A stretch of 64,000 nucleotides of DNA from Azolla caroliniana. Its lineage: Eukaryota; Plantae; Polypodiophyta. Positions 11,317-21,706 of this stretch are shown here, piece after piece. Each line of letters starts with the position of its first letter. Position 1 is the first letter of the stretch. The stretch is taken from positions 76,911-140,910 of the forward strand of contig JBHGNT010000065.1 of assembly GCA_043228905.1 (NCBI GenBank), written 5' to 3'. The translations under genes and the position numbers were made by a program. Below the pieces are notes generated by a model. The model had not been told where the DNA came from. It made no database searches and saw only the letters and a program-made list of their open reading frames with translations.

Positions 11317-11650
11317 ATTCCAAATATGCTTTTTCAGGAGTATCATGATTTGCCGTCTAAATGGTTTTGTACGAAGTATCTATTGGTCCTATTATCATTA
11401 CTGCACTAATTTGTGTAGGTTTTTGTAATTTTAGTGAGATTGTCATAGCGTAAGAGCAGATATGGTTTCGCATTCTCTTGTTCTCCGTATTGATTCTGTT
11501 TTCTATCTTTCGCTCAGTAGAAACTAATCGAGCTCCGTCTGATCTACTAGAAGTAGAAGTTGAATCAGTCGTGGGCTATAATGCGGAATATCTTTTAATG
11601 GGATTTGCTCCCTCTCTTTCGGGAGAATATGCTAATACGATCTTAATGAG
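11317..11650 (+). CDS. nad1: nad1 exon 3 (334 nt; no i477 or i669 introns)
   Basis: SKYAF..YEVSIG..ETNRAP.DL.E.E.E..GYN.EY..GEYAN.ILM; length fits CDS positions 395-728. Confidence 0.94.
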
Positions 11651-13108
11651 GTGCGGAGCCTTGCATCCGACATTCGTTGGGCTTCCGCTCCCTGCAGGAG
11701 CCAGCGTCCCCTCAAGGGCTTTGTGCAGTAAACTCCTCCGGGCGACGATCTGAAGACTAGTAGGTCCCGCGAAGCTTTCGAAGAGGGGTAGCCTGGTGTG
11801 TAAGCACAGCAATGAACCGCGAACCCGTCGGACGACCTATCTAAGATTAGGAGGATATCTCAGGTGGTTATCCCGCAACTCTTCCCCAGACCTATACTAT
11901 CGAATGCTCATATGGGAAAGTGCGCTCTTAGGTCTGGAACCAGGGAGGGTTGCTCCGAGAAATCCCTTCTCGTTTCCTCCAGGGGGTGCGGACACACTTG
12001 CACGGATTACAGGTGACGGCTACAAAGATGGCGGGGAAGGAAACAGTACCCGACATCCAGGGATGAATGTAAACTCATTGGACAGGGGTAATCATTCTGG
12101 TCCTGGGAGAGAAGACTCACCAACAACAGTGGTAGACACTAGTCTGAAAGGCTAGCAAAACAGAATCACCGAGACAACGGCAGCCCCATGTACTCCTGTT
12201 GCGGACGAGAGACTGCTTGCTTGCTTGCTTGCTACTGGCGTCCCATGAGCAAATTGAGTCTGAACCAGGCGACTTAACCCCCAGCGAAGAGGGATTTCTG
12301 CTGAAAACTTGTTCGTTACGTTACGTTAAAGGGGATCTTTTTGGAATGGTCGGAGAAAGACTCGCTGCGCCTCTTGTCAGGCGCCTTGCTCGAGCCCGCG
12401 GGAGAAGTGATGGTACTGTTTATTTCCAAAAATTCGTTCTCGGAGTCAGAAGGTAAAGCACCGTATCTCACAGCTCCCTACTAACGCTCCGCTATCAATT
12501 CCAAGTTAGAGGAGGGAGGAGTACCCTGGTCTGGTAGCCAACCCACTTTAATGCTATCGCATTCTCTCTGCTGGGTTAAAACCTAAAGAAAGTGTGCTTA
12601 TCAGCAGCAAGCACAAACCCGGTTGGTTGTTTTCAGCTGCCCTTTCTGTAGGTTGAGTGGCTTCAATCTCTCCCCCCGGCAGGCAGGCAGGCAGGCAGGC
12701 AGGAACTTTCTCGCTCGGCCTTTGACCACCTACCTCTCATTGTTCTCCTGGGGACTCACTCACTTTAGAGATTTTTCTCCGTCTATGCGGGCTCTAAGCC
12801 GATGAACCGGTTCATCATGAAGGCCTTCATGATGAAAAAGGGGTTGGCGGGTTTGATGAACCGCCTTGTAGGCCAGCCTGAACTGTAAGTCGATCCCACT
12901 CTGCTGCTGCTGTGCCAACCACCACCGAGACATCCATGCGAGAGAGAGATCGGATTCGAAGACCTAAACGTTGCATTGGTTGGAGAAGAGGAAACTCAAT
13001 ATTCCCGGGACGGAGCCGTATGACGCGAGAGTGTCACGTACGGTTCTTTGAGAAGGGTGTGGATACACCTATTGGGCTAAGGGCCACAGAGCCGCGCCCT
13101 CACTCTCC
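11651..13108 (+). other. nad1: Group II intron nad1i728g2 (cis, 1,458 nt, no matR ORF)
   Basis: 5' GTGCGGAGCC; domain V GAGCCGTATGACGCGAGAGTGTCACGTACGGTTC; ends CCCTCACTCTCC. Confidence 0.9.
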
Positions 13109-13370
13109 TAGTCTATGTACACCGCCTTTCCCGGGAGGTTGGCCATCCATTTTAGATCTTCCTAGTTTCCAGGGAATTCCGGGCTCAATCTGGTTTGGCA
13201 CAAAGGTTATTTTCTTTCCGTTCGTATATATATGGGTTTGCGCAGCATTTCTATGACATTGTTATGATTAACCAATGAGACTTGGACGGAAAGTCTTCCC
13301 GCCTTTATCATTAGCTCGGGTAGTTTCTGTATTCGGCGTTCCAGTAGCCTTTGACTGGCTACCTCAATGA
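13109..13370 (+). CDS. nad1: nad1 exon 4 (ends CAA TGA; CAA at 13365 may be edited to UAA)
   Basis: SLCT..F.GGW..ILDLP..IPGSIWF..K..YIWV.AAF..YD*.M.LG.KVF.PLSLA..DWLP. Spliced CDS is 328-329 aa. Confidence 0.93.
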
Positions 13371-13829
13371 ATTGAGCATACTGTGATGTTGAACGTCATA
13401 ATTAATGGGGTTCTGGTCGGAAGAAAACGGCGTCCAGACCCCTCTCACGCACGCCCGCCGATGGAAATTTCGTAAACAGAATGCCGCCTTGCGATCGTCC
13501 GATCGATGCTTCTTCGAGGGTGAGAGCACCGACCGGGAAAATAAAAGGAGGAAAGAACCGATACCCCAGCTACTACGGCGCGCGCCTCCCAGATCACAAC
13601 AATATCTTCTTCTTTTGCTAGGCTTACGGCAGACGCCCTCGGCATAATCGCAATGGACGGCCCTAGGTACGGTAGTGGCGAGTCCAGGTTGCTTGACCTA
13701 AACGATTTACCGCCAACCGAAAGGTAATCGTTCGGTTATGTCAAGGGGTGAGTGCTGTGTCAAGCGGGCGGATGCATGATGAACGCTTTTCGGGGCCGCA
13801 CGCAGAAGGAAAAACACAGATTGCGAAAT

Positions 13830-14210
13830 ACGCCTACCATAAATTAATTGCTTCGTCATTGTAGAAGGGCAAAACGTCACAAAACATGTACTTGAGCTTC
13901 GAATTAATGTCTCTAAAAGTTTGGGGTACGCCCGCGTGTTTCGACAAGAACACTAAAAAAACCTAATCTGGCTTTATGCAAGATAGCCAAGGCACGTTCA
14001 AGCAATTGAAGGAATATCATTGCTCACATCTTTGGCGAGGGTTATAATTCATAGGAGCATCCTGCGGTTACGGCTAGAGGAGGTAGAGTGAAAGATTCGT
14101 TAGGTGTGAATTATCATCGTATTCGAGGAGTTAAAGATTCGTAGGGAATCCCGGATTGAAGATGAGGCAGACTAAAACATGGTACAGAGAAACCTAAGAA
14201 TTCGATACGA
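13830..14210 (+). CDS. rps12: Ribosomal protein S12 (ACG start, CGA stop, 9 internal stops, all editable)
   Basis: (M)PTIN*LLRH..KKPN.AL.KIAK.R..GEG.N.*EH..RGGRVKD..GV..IRGVKD; 126 aa with no frameshift. Confidence 0.93.
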
Positions 14211-14899
14211 ATAAAAAGGTCAAATCAGGGAATGGTTGCTTTTCTCGCTCATCGCCTTCAGACCGGTTTAATTTTTCGGGAAGACTTTCAGAATGACCGG
14301 CGGAAACTTTTGGAACGGAAAGCCATCCGCTTCGATCCCATTGCAAATATTTCTGCGCCCATCTAGCAGGGCTTTTGTCACCCAGACCCAAGGGAGGCCG
14401 TGAAGGAAGCACATACAGCTGCTCGGAGAGATTAAGCTACATCTGGGGAGTGGATAATAAACAAAAAAGATTAATCAAGAAATTAGTCCACTTTTGTATG
14501 ATTGATGGTAAAAGAACAAAATCTCGTGTTATTGTTTCCTAAACTTCTTCTCGTCTTTCCTGAACTGAACCCGATGTTCATGTTATCACACTCCTGGCTA
14601 ACGCCATAGAGAATGTCAAGCCTACTCGCGAAATCAAGAAAGTGAGAATCGCAGGGACTACTCGTAATGTACTCAAGATTATTGCCAAAGAACGTTAAGA
14701 AACCTTAGCTTTTCGTCGGATCATGGAAGCAGCTGTCAAATGACGTACTATGAGCAGAAATAGCCAGAGCTTGGATTAATGTTCATCTGCTGAGATACCG
14801 GATGCTTATCAAAGAAAGGGAAATGTTCGTAAAAGAAGGGATGATCTTCATAAACCGGCAGAGGCCAATAGAAGTTTCGCGCATTATAGGTGGCGGTGA
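14207..14899 (+). CDS. rps7: Ribosomal protein S7 with long N-terminal extension (230 aa; ACG start)
   Basis: [51 protein letters not shown](R>W)*; frame continuous from ACG at 14207. Confidence 0.9.
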
Positions 14900-16307
14900 A
14901 CCATTGAAAACATGTAATGAGCTGGGGTCAAGAGCTGTTAGACACTTTAGCAGCACACACCCTACATCGCAGAATCGAGTAATTGGTAATCCATCGTTCG
15001 AATGCTTAATGATTCTAATATTGACAATGAGACCTGCCAAAAAAAAAGAAAGCGAGAATTCGATTCTGGTGTGAATTTGGTGCTACGTGAATTTAATGAA
15101 GAAAGTTCGCACTCCCTTCCCTACTGATAATTGGGGGCATCTGAGCCCGCCCCTCGGACATGGGGGCACAAAAGCAGCACAAAAAGCACTATACCCTCCC
15201 TGTCTAACTTGTTAAAAAACAACGGAGTAAGTCTTTGCCGGCATTGTTAAGTCATTGGAAAAAGACACCTAACAACAATGAAGATTCGTTTCCAGAGAGT
15301 TTATTCACCGTTGCTCCTGGAGAATACTCTGCAAACAACAAACCGTGCGTGCCCTTTCAAGGTTAATCTCAACGATGAAGCGGCTAGCTCGACTCCATCG
15401 ATCCTGTGTACAATGTCTCAGATTACAGGCCTTCGCTGTGGCGGAACTTGATGACCTGGACTGCGAAGAGCCCTATAGTGACGGCGATAGCGAAGCAGAG
15501 GTTGAAGAATTTCTTTTGCCTGCTTCTAACTTTATTATCAAGAATAATGTTCTGGCGGTCAGCGTTAGATAAATCTCATAAGAAATATATTCAAATAGGA
15601 ATTTGTACGTTCAAACCGTGCGTGTGCCAATTGCTCGAAGAAGCAAAGGTTAAGCTTGAAGCCGAAGAAAAGAGAGGTAAGGAAAGATTAATGATAAGCG
15701 ATGGATTGGGCCAAACAAATTCGGCGGATTTCTTGAGAAGGAAGGAATACTTGCAAAAAATGATCGAACAATTTGTTGACGAGAGATCAATCTATAATAA
15801 CTCGCTGGACCTTTTTGATTGATAAGCTGACCAACAAAAGGCAAACCAACATGCAGGATAGGTTTATTGCGCACTTCAAGAAAGATAAAGAACTAATAGA
15901 CATTTTAACGTCCTTCGATGTATATACGATTGAAATACTTACGATATTTTAGAATCTTTATTGTTAGATTGTTTATTAATAGGGATTGCCTCTTTTCCAG
16001 AGTCTAAATTATTATTATTAAAATCTTTACCGTCAGATTGTTTATCAACAGAGATTGACCCAGACTCAGATTTTCTTGAGTCTGAATTAATCGAAAAACA
16101 AAATAGCCACGGCCTTTACCATTAAACTTACATTATAACACTTTTTTTTCAATTTCAATATCTCATTTTCTAATGCTATTGTATGACAGCAGAAAAATTG
16201 CGGTATAAATGAAAATATTATTAATACAAAGAAAACCTTGTTTTCTTCTTTGATCAAACAAACTCATATCTTTAAATAATAAACGAATTCTAGTTTGAAT
16301 AGAATCT

Positions 16308-16500
16308 AAAGCTACTTTTGCTTTCATTCACCAAAAGCAGCTGCTTTGGTTGCGTTGGTTGTTAACCATTTTAAGAGAGTGTATAAGGACCTACCACTCT
16401 ATACGGCGGTGTACGATTGCTTCATATCAAACTACAAAGTATCTTCACTATTACCAGATCTATATAAATCAACCCTGTTCGGGTCTTTAGGTTGTCCGAT
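16308..16500 (+). pseudogene. Linear-plasmid (phage-type) RNA polymerase remnant, C-terminal motif region
   Basis: ATFA-FIHQK..VALVV..LPLYTAVYDCFIS resembles the NFIHQKDA...PIYTVHDNFI motif of plant mitochondrial plasmid RNA polymerases. Confidence 0.6.
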
Positions 16501-16878
16501 GGCAACCAAAGCGTCTTTCTATTGTTCCCCGAACCATTCGAACTCTTTTACCAGATTCTTGGCAGTCCCTTTCCCAAAGAAAGTTGGGAAGTGCAGTCTC
16601 TGCAGGCAGGCAGTTAGCCCCTCGGGTCGTTCAGTCTCGAAGGTATGGTTCGGGCTTCGTTCGTTTCTTGTGACCAGATTCATTGGTTCGAGGCTACGTA
16701 CGTTGGATCGGGTTCGGGCCCTAAAATATGTGATTGGGTAATTACGATGGCTCGTATACACGTTCGAGGATCACTCTCCAGGCGACGGAGGACTGCTTAG
16801 TGATTGAAGGGAGAGAAGAAACCCATTTGATTTCTCACTAGAGGCCTAATGATTGCATAACTCTGAGGTTCCAACTGC

Positions 16879-16964
16879 TACGGATAGAGGGATTTGAACC
16901 CCCACGACTGAGTAAGGTCACCAGAACCTAAACCTGGCATGTCTACCAATTCCATCATATCCGC
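16879..16964 (-). tRNA. trnL-UAG: tRNA-Leu(UAG)
   Basis: Minus strand GCGGATATGATGGAATTGGTAGACATGCCAGGTTTAGGTTCTGG, long variable arm. Confidence 0.92.
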
Positions 16965-17091
16965 ACATCGATTCTTATTTCGAAACCACCCTTTTTCACT
17001 GCTAACTGGATAGAGCTAAGAACGCCAATGGCTCGGATGGCGTAGCAATTAGAGGAAACTGAAACACCACCCCGTATTTTTCGATTCTCCC

Positions 17092-17123
<32 letters not shown>

Positions 17124-17269
17124 ACGCGCGACTTGCTCAATGGAGCCCGCTTACGACGATCCCTTTTAACCTCTCAGGCTCTTATAGAAGGCTTATAGAA
17201 TGCCTATATGCTTTCCAAATCAAGTTAGGGTGATGGGAAAGTGGGAATGCTAACTTATGACCATACTCA

Positions 17270-17356
17270 CGGATGGAGAGGGATTCGAACCCCCGGTATC
17301 TCTCCGAATACTTCGGTTTTCAAGACCGACTCTTTAAACCGCTCAGACATCCATCC
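17270..17356 (-). tRNA. trnS-UGA: tRNA-Ser(UGA), native type
   Basis: Minus strand GGATGGATGTCTGAGCGG...TCGGTCTTGAAAACCGA...TCCATCCG. Confidence 0.93.
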
Positions 17357-17574
17357 CTTTCCCGACAAGATCACGAGCCATCAATAATCAACGGGAAAGC
17401 GTGCCAAGCTTTCAGGTCTTTGTAAATCGCACGCAACGCCTTCAGAAAACAAATAGGTTGTACCGCAGGGCCTCCTCTTTGGCCCCTCCGACCAGAAAGG
17501 TTAAGCGTGGTAATTGATCATTCTATTTTAGATTGATAGGAACTAAGGCGTCCTAATAACCAAGTTTACAACCA

Positions 17575-17647
17575 TGGGCAATAACGGACTCGAACCGCTG
17601 ACTCCCTCGGTGTAAACGAGGCGCTCTACCAACTGAGCTAATTACCC
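17575..17647 (-). tRNA. trnV-UAC: tRNA-Val(UAC)
   Basis: Minus strand GGGTAATTAGCTCAGTTGGTAGAGCGCCTCGTTTACACCGAGG...TTGCCCA. Confidence 0.93.
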
Positions 17648-18677
17648 GGAGTGCCGGCGATACTTCGGAGTCTCGCCGGCTCTGTTTTCTGTAGGTCACA
17701 TAGAAATTTATCCATTCTTTCTACGGCCACGTCAATCCGCTTCTTTTCTTGTTGGGCCGCGCCGCAATTGTCTAGCTTCTGCTACCAACTCCCCCATCGG
17801 GCCGTCTGACTTTACCGTAGCCGATAAGTAGCGTTAATCGTCTTCATCGCGCTGATGAAGCAGCGGGTTCATCCACCACCTTGGTTCTTCCCCGCAAGCA
17901 ACTTCCGCCGTATTATCCATAGCTGTTCATCAAGAAGGCCTAGAGTTAGTTTTCCGATAAGATTCAAGCTACAATTTCAAACAGCACCTTTTCTTCATGA
18001 AGCGCAAGAAAACTGCACTGCGGAAGAAGAAGAAGCGGTAAAAAGTGTAATATAAATGGCTACCAAAGTTCTTCTTTTGAACTTTCAAGAAGGCCTGAAT
18101 ATTCATGGATTATTATACGATAATCTTTAATGCGGCTCAGATTGCGGAAAGAATTGAATGCTGGAATTTCGAAATTCCGTTGGTAAAATTCAGAAGGATC
18201 ATGCAAGAAGGCAATATCATCTTCTGGCCATAATCTGCGAATCCAGCAAAGCAAAGCAAAGCAGCACTTTTCTTTTCACTTTAAACCGAGCCGGCGGCAA
18301 TCTTGATGAATCACTGGCAAGAAGATGCTTTGCACTTTTCTTTCCACTTTAAAGCAGCAATCTTTGAACTCGGAAATGGCACTTTTCCCTGCAAGCCTGA
18401 AACGCACGCCTTCCCCAAAAGAAAAGCGGAACCACCTAACGAGTATTTTAAACAGCAAGCATGATGAACCGGCATGTTCATCAAACCAAACAGGTTCTTC
18501 ATGCATGCATGAAGGCCTTCATGATGATGAAAACCGCTTCATTGGAATGTCACCGTCTCATTGACAACACGAATGATAACGAATTGACAATATGAATAGT
18601 CACGTTAGTTTCCCATTCTTAAGCATGGATTATTATACAATAATCTTCATTTGCTTTTTTACTGTTGACAACATGTA

Positions 18678-18751
18678 GTGCGGGGGCAGGGTTTGAACCC
18701 GCAGTCTTCAGGTCATGAGCCTGACGAGTTGGCCATTTACTCCACCCCGCA
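18678..18751 (-). tRNA. trnfM-CAU: Initiator tRNA-fMet(CAU), copy 1 of 3
   Basis: Minus strand GCGGGGTGGAGTAAATGGCCAACTCGTCAGGCTCATGACCTGAAG, the plant mitochondrial trnfM pattern. Confidence 0.85.
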
Positions 18752-19116
18752 AGCAAGCAAGCAATTGATCTCTCTCTAGCGAATCGGAATTTATTTTAGA
18801 AAAAAAGAAGCCGGCCAACTCCTATTCAATCTACTTGTGCGGGGGAATGTTTGCTTGCCCGCAGACCCAACTCCACGTGTTATTGATCGCATTTCCCGCT
18901 GTCCGTCCAAATGAACTTGCACTACTGGTTATTAAAGCAGCATTGATGTTACCTTAAAAGCAGCAAGCGCGCAAGAAAAGAAAAGAAAAGAAGCAAAAAC
19001 TAGCACTCCCTTACCGGCTAGGTCTCTCCCGGCAGGCCACTGCCGCATTCCCAAAAAGCAATGTATGGGTTTCTTCCATCACGTCACTGTCGCATCGCTC
19101 GTGCTTCGCACTCGCT

Positions 19117-19204
19117 CGGAGGAAATGGGATTCGAACCCATGATACAAGAAGATTGTATGTTGATTTAGCAAACCAATGCCTTAAGCCGCTCAGCCATAC
19201 CTCC
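19117..19204 (-). tRNA. trnS-GCU: tRNA-Ser(GCU), native type
   Basis: Minus strand GGAGGTATGGCTGAGCGGCTTAAGGCATTGGTTTGCTAAATCAA...TTCCTCCG. Confidence 0.93.
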
Positions 19205-19242
19205 GGTTGGGATGGGGGATTCATCAAGCCCCCATCCCGAAG

Positions 19243-19273
<31 letters not shown>

Positions 19274-20008
19274 CTACTTGGGCCAGCATGCACCTATTCT
19301 TTCTTTCTTTATCCCGACCGCTCGTCGGTTTACAATGAACTGATTTCGGATTCGGAGGGCTTCCGAGCCGCCTCGGCGGTTAGTACTAAAAGATCTGGGC
19401 GGCGTTAGTCGCCAAGGACTGGCAAAATTACAAAAGGATCTGGGCGGCATTAGTCGCCAAGGACTGGCCAAATCAGAATAGCAAAATTCTTGAACCATCT
19501 CCATCAGTTCAGGAACCACACATTTCTCCAGATCATCGTGACGTACTTCCACGTATCCACTTAAGAGGAAGTCTTTTCATAATAAATGACCCTCGAAACC
19601 GTAATCGGTTAATGTACGGCGTAAATCAGGATAATTAGGAGAATGTAAACCAGACGTATCCCGCACTTCTCGCTCCCACCGGCCGGCTGATAGGGATATA
19701 CTGATTACCAAACTTGCAGAAGTGATTTCATCTACACCAATTCGTACACGAATGCATGGGTTATATCAAATGCTTGGTGAGTTATAGACTACTCCGAATC
19801 TTCATTTTTGAGAAGGATAATCAACTCCGCGAGTATCGATCGGAATTCCAAGACGTATATTGATATGATACCTCGAAAACCACAGGAATTAAAATGGATA
19901 GTCCGGAGTGGCGCATAATATGCTTTCTTCCTTCGATGTTCAAAATCTATGTATCCGTTTGAAAACCGATAGAACAGTAGCAAATTATTTAAGTGGACTG
20001 CAAGCCAT
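19274..20008 (-). CDS. nad9: NADH dehydrogenase subunit 9, intronless; 3' end uncertain (edited stop possible at 19454)
   Basis: [59 protein letters not shown]..ASPW in one frame from ATG 20008. Confidence 0.9.
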
Positions 20009-20336
20009 GATAAAGTTCAGGCAGGGTTTCATAAAAATCGTAGTGAGCATTGATTCTTTATAATCATGGCTGTTTAATCGGAGGGCTGAAACCTTAAGCG
20101 AAACCGCGTCGAGGCCGGTCATGAGATTCCGCCGTATCCCGGCAGCCTTATCATCAATTAAGGATCCCTACCCAAAGATTCTATATGCTTTTCGTTAGGG
20201 TTCCTTGATGGGCGGCTTTGGAATGCGTGCTGGCAACCGCTTCATCCGCGCCAAAGCGAAAAGGTTCTGGGGCCGTGGTGGGTTCGATTGATGGGCCAAT
20301 CTTCTCAACTAGTTTTGTGCATATGAAGCAAACTTC

Positions 20337-20525
20337 TCATTCACAACGTTGGAAGATCGCATACCCGAGTACGGCGGCTGGGGGGGTTTGCTCTAAAGCC
20401 ATTCCTACACCAAAAGAAAGGAGCAAGCCAAGGTTCTCATCACGGGCATCCCAGGGATTGTTATTATACGATAATCCTTGCATCACTCGTGCGAATCGCA
20501 AAGCCACCGTTTCCGGATGAATCAT
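20337..20525 (-). pseudogene. Possible plastid ycf2 remnant
   Basis: IIHPETVAL..QGLSYNNN..NLGLLLSFGVGMAL loosely recalls the ycf2 region after the AAA domain. It lies next to plastid-type trnS-GGA. Confidence 0.3.
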
Positions 20526-20667
20526 GCCTGAACGAGCCAGTCAATAGGGCGGGTGAAAGTATTGAAGAATCGTGAATTCATTTACCAAATTAATTGTCGA
20601 CTTGCTGCTGAAGGCGGCGGCTTTAGGTTTTTTTTTCGATCAAATCGTGGATGGGGTATTCATGGCA

Positions 20668-20754
20668 AGGAAGGGGAGGGATTCGAACCCTCGGTAAACA
20701 AGAGTCTACATAGCATTTCCAGTGCTACACTTTAAACCGCTCGGCCACCCTTCC
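20668..20754 (-). tRNA. trnS-GGA: tRNA-Ser(GGA), plastid-derived
   Basis: Minus strand GGAAGGGTGGCCGAGCGG...TAGCACTGGAAATGCTATGTAGACTCTTGTTTACCGAGGG; variable arm matches plastid trnS-GGA. Confidence 0.85.
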
Positions 20755-21007
20755 TCAGAGAGAGAAAGCCATGGAACAAAGGCAATTGCCAACGATCTTT
20801 CTATATACGAAATTTCGGGTTATAGAACAAATTTAGAATAATTCAGACCTCCGCCGGTGGTTAGAAGCTTACCTAGCGCTAACAGCGTCACAGGGACCAA
20901 ATGCGGCCGGGTGAAGCCGGCGGTTCATGCGTTAGTGGACCGCAAACACAGATTAACTACATGGCCTAGCATTGGCAGGGACCCCTTCAAGTCGATAGCT
21001 TTTTGGC

Positions 21008-21044
<37 letters not shown>

Positions 21045-21673
21045 GGTATATTAAGAATACAGAGACGGAAATGGCAATAGGAGCGGAGAACGCTATTGCA
21101 GCATTGTAGGGACTACAACATTGTACGCAAGTTCGAATTGACAAAATCAAAGCCTAGCATGGTTTTTTGTCGAGGCTATGCTTCGTATCCTGAAACCCAA
21201 GAATCGGCGAAGAGAATCTTGAATTTCTCAGGCAGGATTTCATTTCTAGCGCGAACTGATCAGAAGCCCGCTACGGATAGACCGTCGCTGGGGCCGAAGA
21301 TAATGGTGGTCCCGTCGAGGCCGAAGATGGTGGTCCCGGGCCGAAGGTGGTGGTGCCGCGCTGAGGCTTCTTTCATTTCCCGAGGAAGAGTTGTTGCCCT
21401 TCTTGCTGATTCGCTGGGGTTCAAGTCCTTATTACTACCGCTGCACGCGGCTGCGCATTGACTGTGAGCTCATTAGCCGGCAGCTAAGCAGCAATCACAC
21501 ATGGAGAAGACGTGCCAGACCCAGAGATACAAAGGCGTGCGTGCCCGCTTCTTCCGCCGCGCGCGCGCGCCGGTTCATCCCGGAGGAACCGCAGAGAAGA
21601 GATGCACCAGACCTTGCTTGAAAGTTGCAGCCAGCTAGAAAGCTAGAACCGGCCGGCAGAAAGCTGCCAACAG

Positions 21674-21706
<33 letters not shown>

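Larger units (their letters stand above)
6712..18812 (+). repeat. Large inverted repeat, copy A (12,101 bp; partner 38898..50998)
   Basis: ORF pairs have constant coordinate sum 57,710 (6900..7268 with 50442..50810; 18325..18564 with 39146..39385). Both boundaries were read base by base. Confidence 0.96.

Noticed and set aside
13660-13770. Structured tract between nad1 and rps12 as 5S rRNA
   Set aside because: It has a hairpin but none of the conserved 5S motifs.
14783-15074. ORFs of 85-90 aa
   Set aside because: They are off-frame or antisense overlaps of the rps7 3' end.
15406-15822. 138-aa ORF in the IR as a real gene
   Set aside because: It has a GTG start and no recognisable motif; it may be a plasmid relic but cannot be supported without a search.
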